64,000 nt of DNA from Rubrivivax sp. (GTDB taxonomy: Bacteria; Pseudomonadota; Gammaproteobacteria; Burkholderiales; Burkholderiaceae_C): assembly GCA_020720385.1 (NCBI GenBank), contig DYOR01000002.1:977-64976 (forward strand), read 5' to 3'. The notes under the pieces are model-generated. The model ran no database searches. It was not told the origin of the DNA and saw nothing but the letters and a program-made list of their open reading frames with translations. Position numbers and translations under genes: made by a program. Below, piece by piece: positions 62,193 through 64,000 of the stretch. The stretch's first letter is position 1. Each line of letters starts with the position of its first letter.

Positions 62193-63095
62193 TCAGCCGC
62201 GCGGGTGGTGCCGGGCGTGCAGTTGGCGCAGCCGCTCGCGCGCCACGTGGGTGTAGATGGTGGTGGTGCCGATGTCGGCGTGGCCGAGCAGCATCTGCAC
62301 CGCGCGCAGGTCCGCGCCGTGGTTGAGCAGGTGCGTGGCGAAGGCGTGGCGCAACGTGTGCGGCGACAGCGGCGCGGTGATGCCGCAGGCCAGGGCGTAG
62401 CGCTTGACGAGCCGCCAGAACATCTGCCGCGACATCGCCGCGCCCAGCCGCGTGACGAACAGCGCCTCGCTGGCGCGCGCGCCCAGGATCGCCGGCCGTG
62501 CCTGCGCCAGGTAGCGCGCCAGCCAGTCGTGGGCCTGGTCGCCGAAGGGCACGAGCCGCTCGCGCGAACCCTTGCCCATGACGCGCAGCACGCCTTCGCC
62601 CATGCCCAGGTGCACGCTCTCGAGCTGCACCAGCTCGCTCACGCGCAAGCCGCTGGCGTACATCAACTCCATCATCGCGCGGTCGCGCAGGCCGAGCGCC
62701 GACTCGACGTTTGGCGCGGCCAGCAGGGCGTCGACCTGCGCTTCGCTGAGCGTCCCCGGCACGCGCAGGGCCTGGCGCGCGGCGAGCAGCCGCAGCGTCG
62801 GGTCGGTGGCCACGATGTGCTCGCGCACGGCCCAGCGGAAATAGCGCCTGAACACCGTGAGGCGCCGGTTGGCGGTGGTCGCACGCGTACCGGCATGGCG
62901 CTGCGCCATGAAGGCCAGCAGGTCGGCTTCGCTGCTGTGTTCCAGCGCGCGGCCGTTGTGCCCCTGCAGCCAGGCCGCGTACAAGGCGAGGTCGCGGCGG
63001 TAGGCCGCCAGCGTCAGCGGCGCCAGACCGTCCTCGAGCCACAGGGCATCGATGAAGCGATCGATGGCGCCGGCACTGCAAGCGTCGCGTTCCAT
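62193..63095 (-). CDS. xerD: Site-specific tyrosine recombinase XerD
   Basis: The ATG is at 63095; a GTG at 63116 is an alternative. IDRFIDALWLEDGLAPLTLAAYRRDL, ELMYASGLRVSELV and HTLRHAFATHLLNHGADLRAVQMLLGHADIGTTTIYTHV carry the catalytic R..HxxR..Y. Confidence 0.9.
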   Translation of the reverse strand: MERDACSAGAIDRFIDALWLEDGLAPLTLAAYRRDLALYAAWLQGHNGRALEHSSEADLLAFMAQRHAGTRATTANRRLTVFRRYFRWAVREHIVATDPTLRLLAARQALRVPGTLSEAQVDALLAAPNVESALGLRDRAMMELMYASGLRVSELVQLESVHLGMGEGVLRVMGKGSRERLVPFGDQAHDWLARYLAQARPAILGARASEALFVTRLGAAMSRQMFWRLVKRYALACGITAPLSPHTLRHAFATHLLNHGADLRAVQMLLGHADIGTTTIYTHVARERLRQLHARHHPRG

Positions 63096-63153
63096 GGCTG
63101 CGAGTATCGGAGCCACCTGCCGGTGGCCCCTGTCGGGTCGGCGCCGCGGCGCT

Positions 63154-64000
63154 TCAGTCGATCTTCAGGCCCTGCTTCACCACCACCGCCTTGTAGACCT
63201 CGAACTCGGCCTTGATCTGCGCGCTGAACTGCTCGGGCGTGTTGGCGACGATGAGCGAGCCGGTGTCGCCGATGCGCTTGCGCACGTTGGCGTCCTCCAG
63301 CGCCTTCTTCACCGCCGTGGCGATCTTGTCCACCACGTCCCTGGGCATGCCCTTGGGGCCGAGGACGCCGTAGTAGGCCATGCGGTTGACCGGCTCCAGG
63401 CCGACTTCCTTGAACGTGGGCACGCTGGGCAACTGGGCCAGGCGCTGCGGCGCGGCGACGACGATGGGGATGAGCCGGCCGTCCTTGATGAAGGGCAAGG
63501 CCGAGGGGATGTTGTCGAAGATGATCTGCACCTGCCCGGCGACGGTGTCGTTGAGCGCGGGGCCCGCTCCGCGGTAGGGGATGTGCGTCATGAACACGCC
63601 GGCCAGGCTCTTGAAGAGCTCGGTCTGCAGGTGGCCGATGCCGCCTGTGCCCGAGCTGGCGTAGCTGTACTTGCCCGGGTTCTTCTTCAGTTCGGCGATG
63701 AAGCCCTTGTAGTCGCGCGCCGGGAACGAGGGGTGCACGGCGATGACGTTGGGGGTGGCCGCGATGTTGATCACGGGGGTGAAGTCGGTCACCGGGCTGT
63801 AGCCGATCTTCGGGTTGATGGCCGGGTTGGCGGCGGTCGTCGACACCGTGGCCATGCTCAGCGTGTAGCCGTCCGGCGCGGCGCGGATCACCTCGAGCGC
63901 GCCGATCGAACCGCCGGCGCCGGCCTTGTTCTCCACCACCACCTGCTGCCCCAGTGCCTGGCTCATGCGCTCGCTGACGATGCGCGCGACGATGTCCGTG
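63154..64000 (-). CDS. Bug/TctC family tripartite tricarboxylate transporter substrate-binding protein (5' end outside window)
   Basis: [25 protein letters not shown] and [20 protein letters not shown] are Bug family motifs. The frame is still open at the window edge (…[15 protein letters not shown]), so the N-terminus is missing. Confidence 0.85.
   Translation of the reverse strand, partial: TDIVARIVSERMSQALGQQVVVENKAGAGGSIGALEVIRAAPDGYTLSMATVSTTAANPAINPKIGYSPVTDFTPVINIAATPNVIAVHPSFPARDYKGFIAELKKNPGKYSYASSGTGGIGHLQTELFKSLAGVFMTHIPYRGAGPALNDTVAGQVQIIFDNIPSALPFIKDGRLIPIVVAAPQRLAQLPSVPTFKEVGLEPVNRMAYYGVLGPKGMPRDVVDKIATAVKKALEDANVRKRIGDTGSLIVANTPEQFSAQIKAEFEVYKAVVVKQGLKID

Noticed and set aside
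62193-63116. Tyrosine recombinase as a marker of an integrated mobile element
   Set aside because: The sequence is a typical chromosomal XerD (IDRFIDALWLEDGL..., full catalytic set). There is no adjacent tRNA, direct repeats, phage or conjugation genes, and the neighbours are housekeeping genes.

Overview
This is a very GC-rich chromosomal segment (about 70 % by eye, not computed). Its gene content and protein sequences look betaproteobacterial, Comamonadaceae-like. I resolve about 55 protein-coding genes, two gene remnants or pseudogenes, one cobalamin riboswitch and one clear intrinsic terminator. There are also two families of intergenic palindromic repeats (5 copies in total) and one trinucleotide microsatellite. 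I saw no rRNA, tRNA, CRISPR array, transposase or prophage genes, but I scanned by eye only. Housekeeping content includes parC, dsbB, comEC, mltB, pdxH, mutS, pyrG-kdsA-eno-ftsB, pnuC, xerD and a porin. It also includes a B12-riboswitch-controlled btuB/ABC/cobQ operon, a Dpp-like peptide ABC transporter and an amino-acid ABC transporter. The best candidate for an uncharacterised system is a five-gene operon at 15.2-24.7 kb. It stacks two circularly-permuted ATP-grasp / alpha-E / transglutaminase modules behind a 1146-aa DUF2126 protein. It is convergent with a MoxR-DUF58-TgpA-MltB operon, and the usual partner protease (Anbu) sits 12 kb away, start-overlapped with mutS. Other oddities are listed here.
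- An ECF sigma factor gene is interrupted by one in-frame TAG.
- comEC has no stop codon until 1.27 kb inside the next gene.
- Repeat elements are wedged exactly between stop and start codons of operon genes.
- A (GGY)15 tract lies behind cobQ.
- Two tiny coupled membrane ORFs lie downstream of that tract.
Most long antisense or out-of-frame ORFs in the track are GC-driven shadow ORFs. All functional calls come from motif and family recognition by eye; no database search or folding was run.
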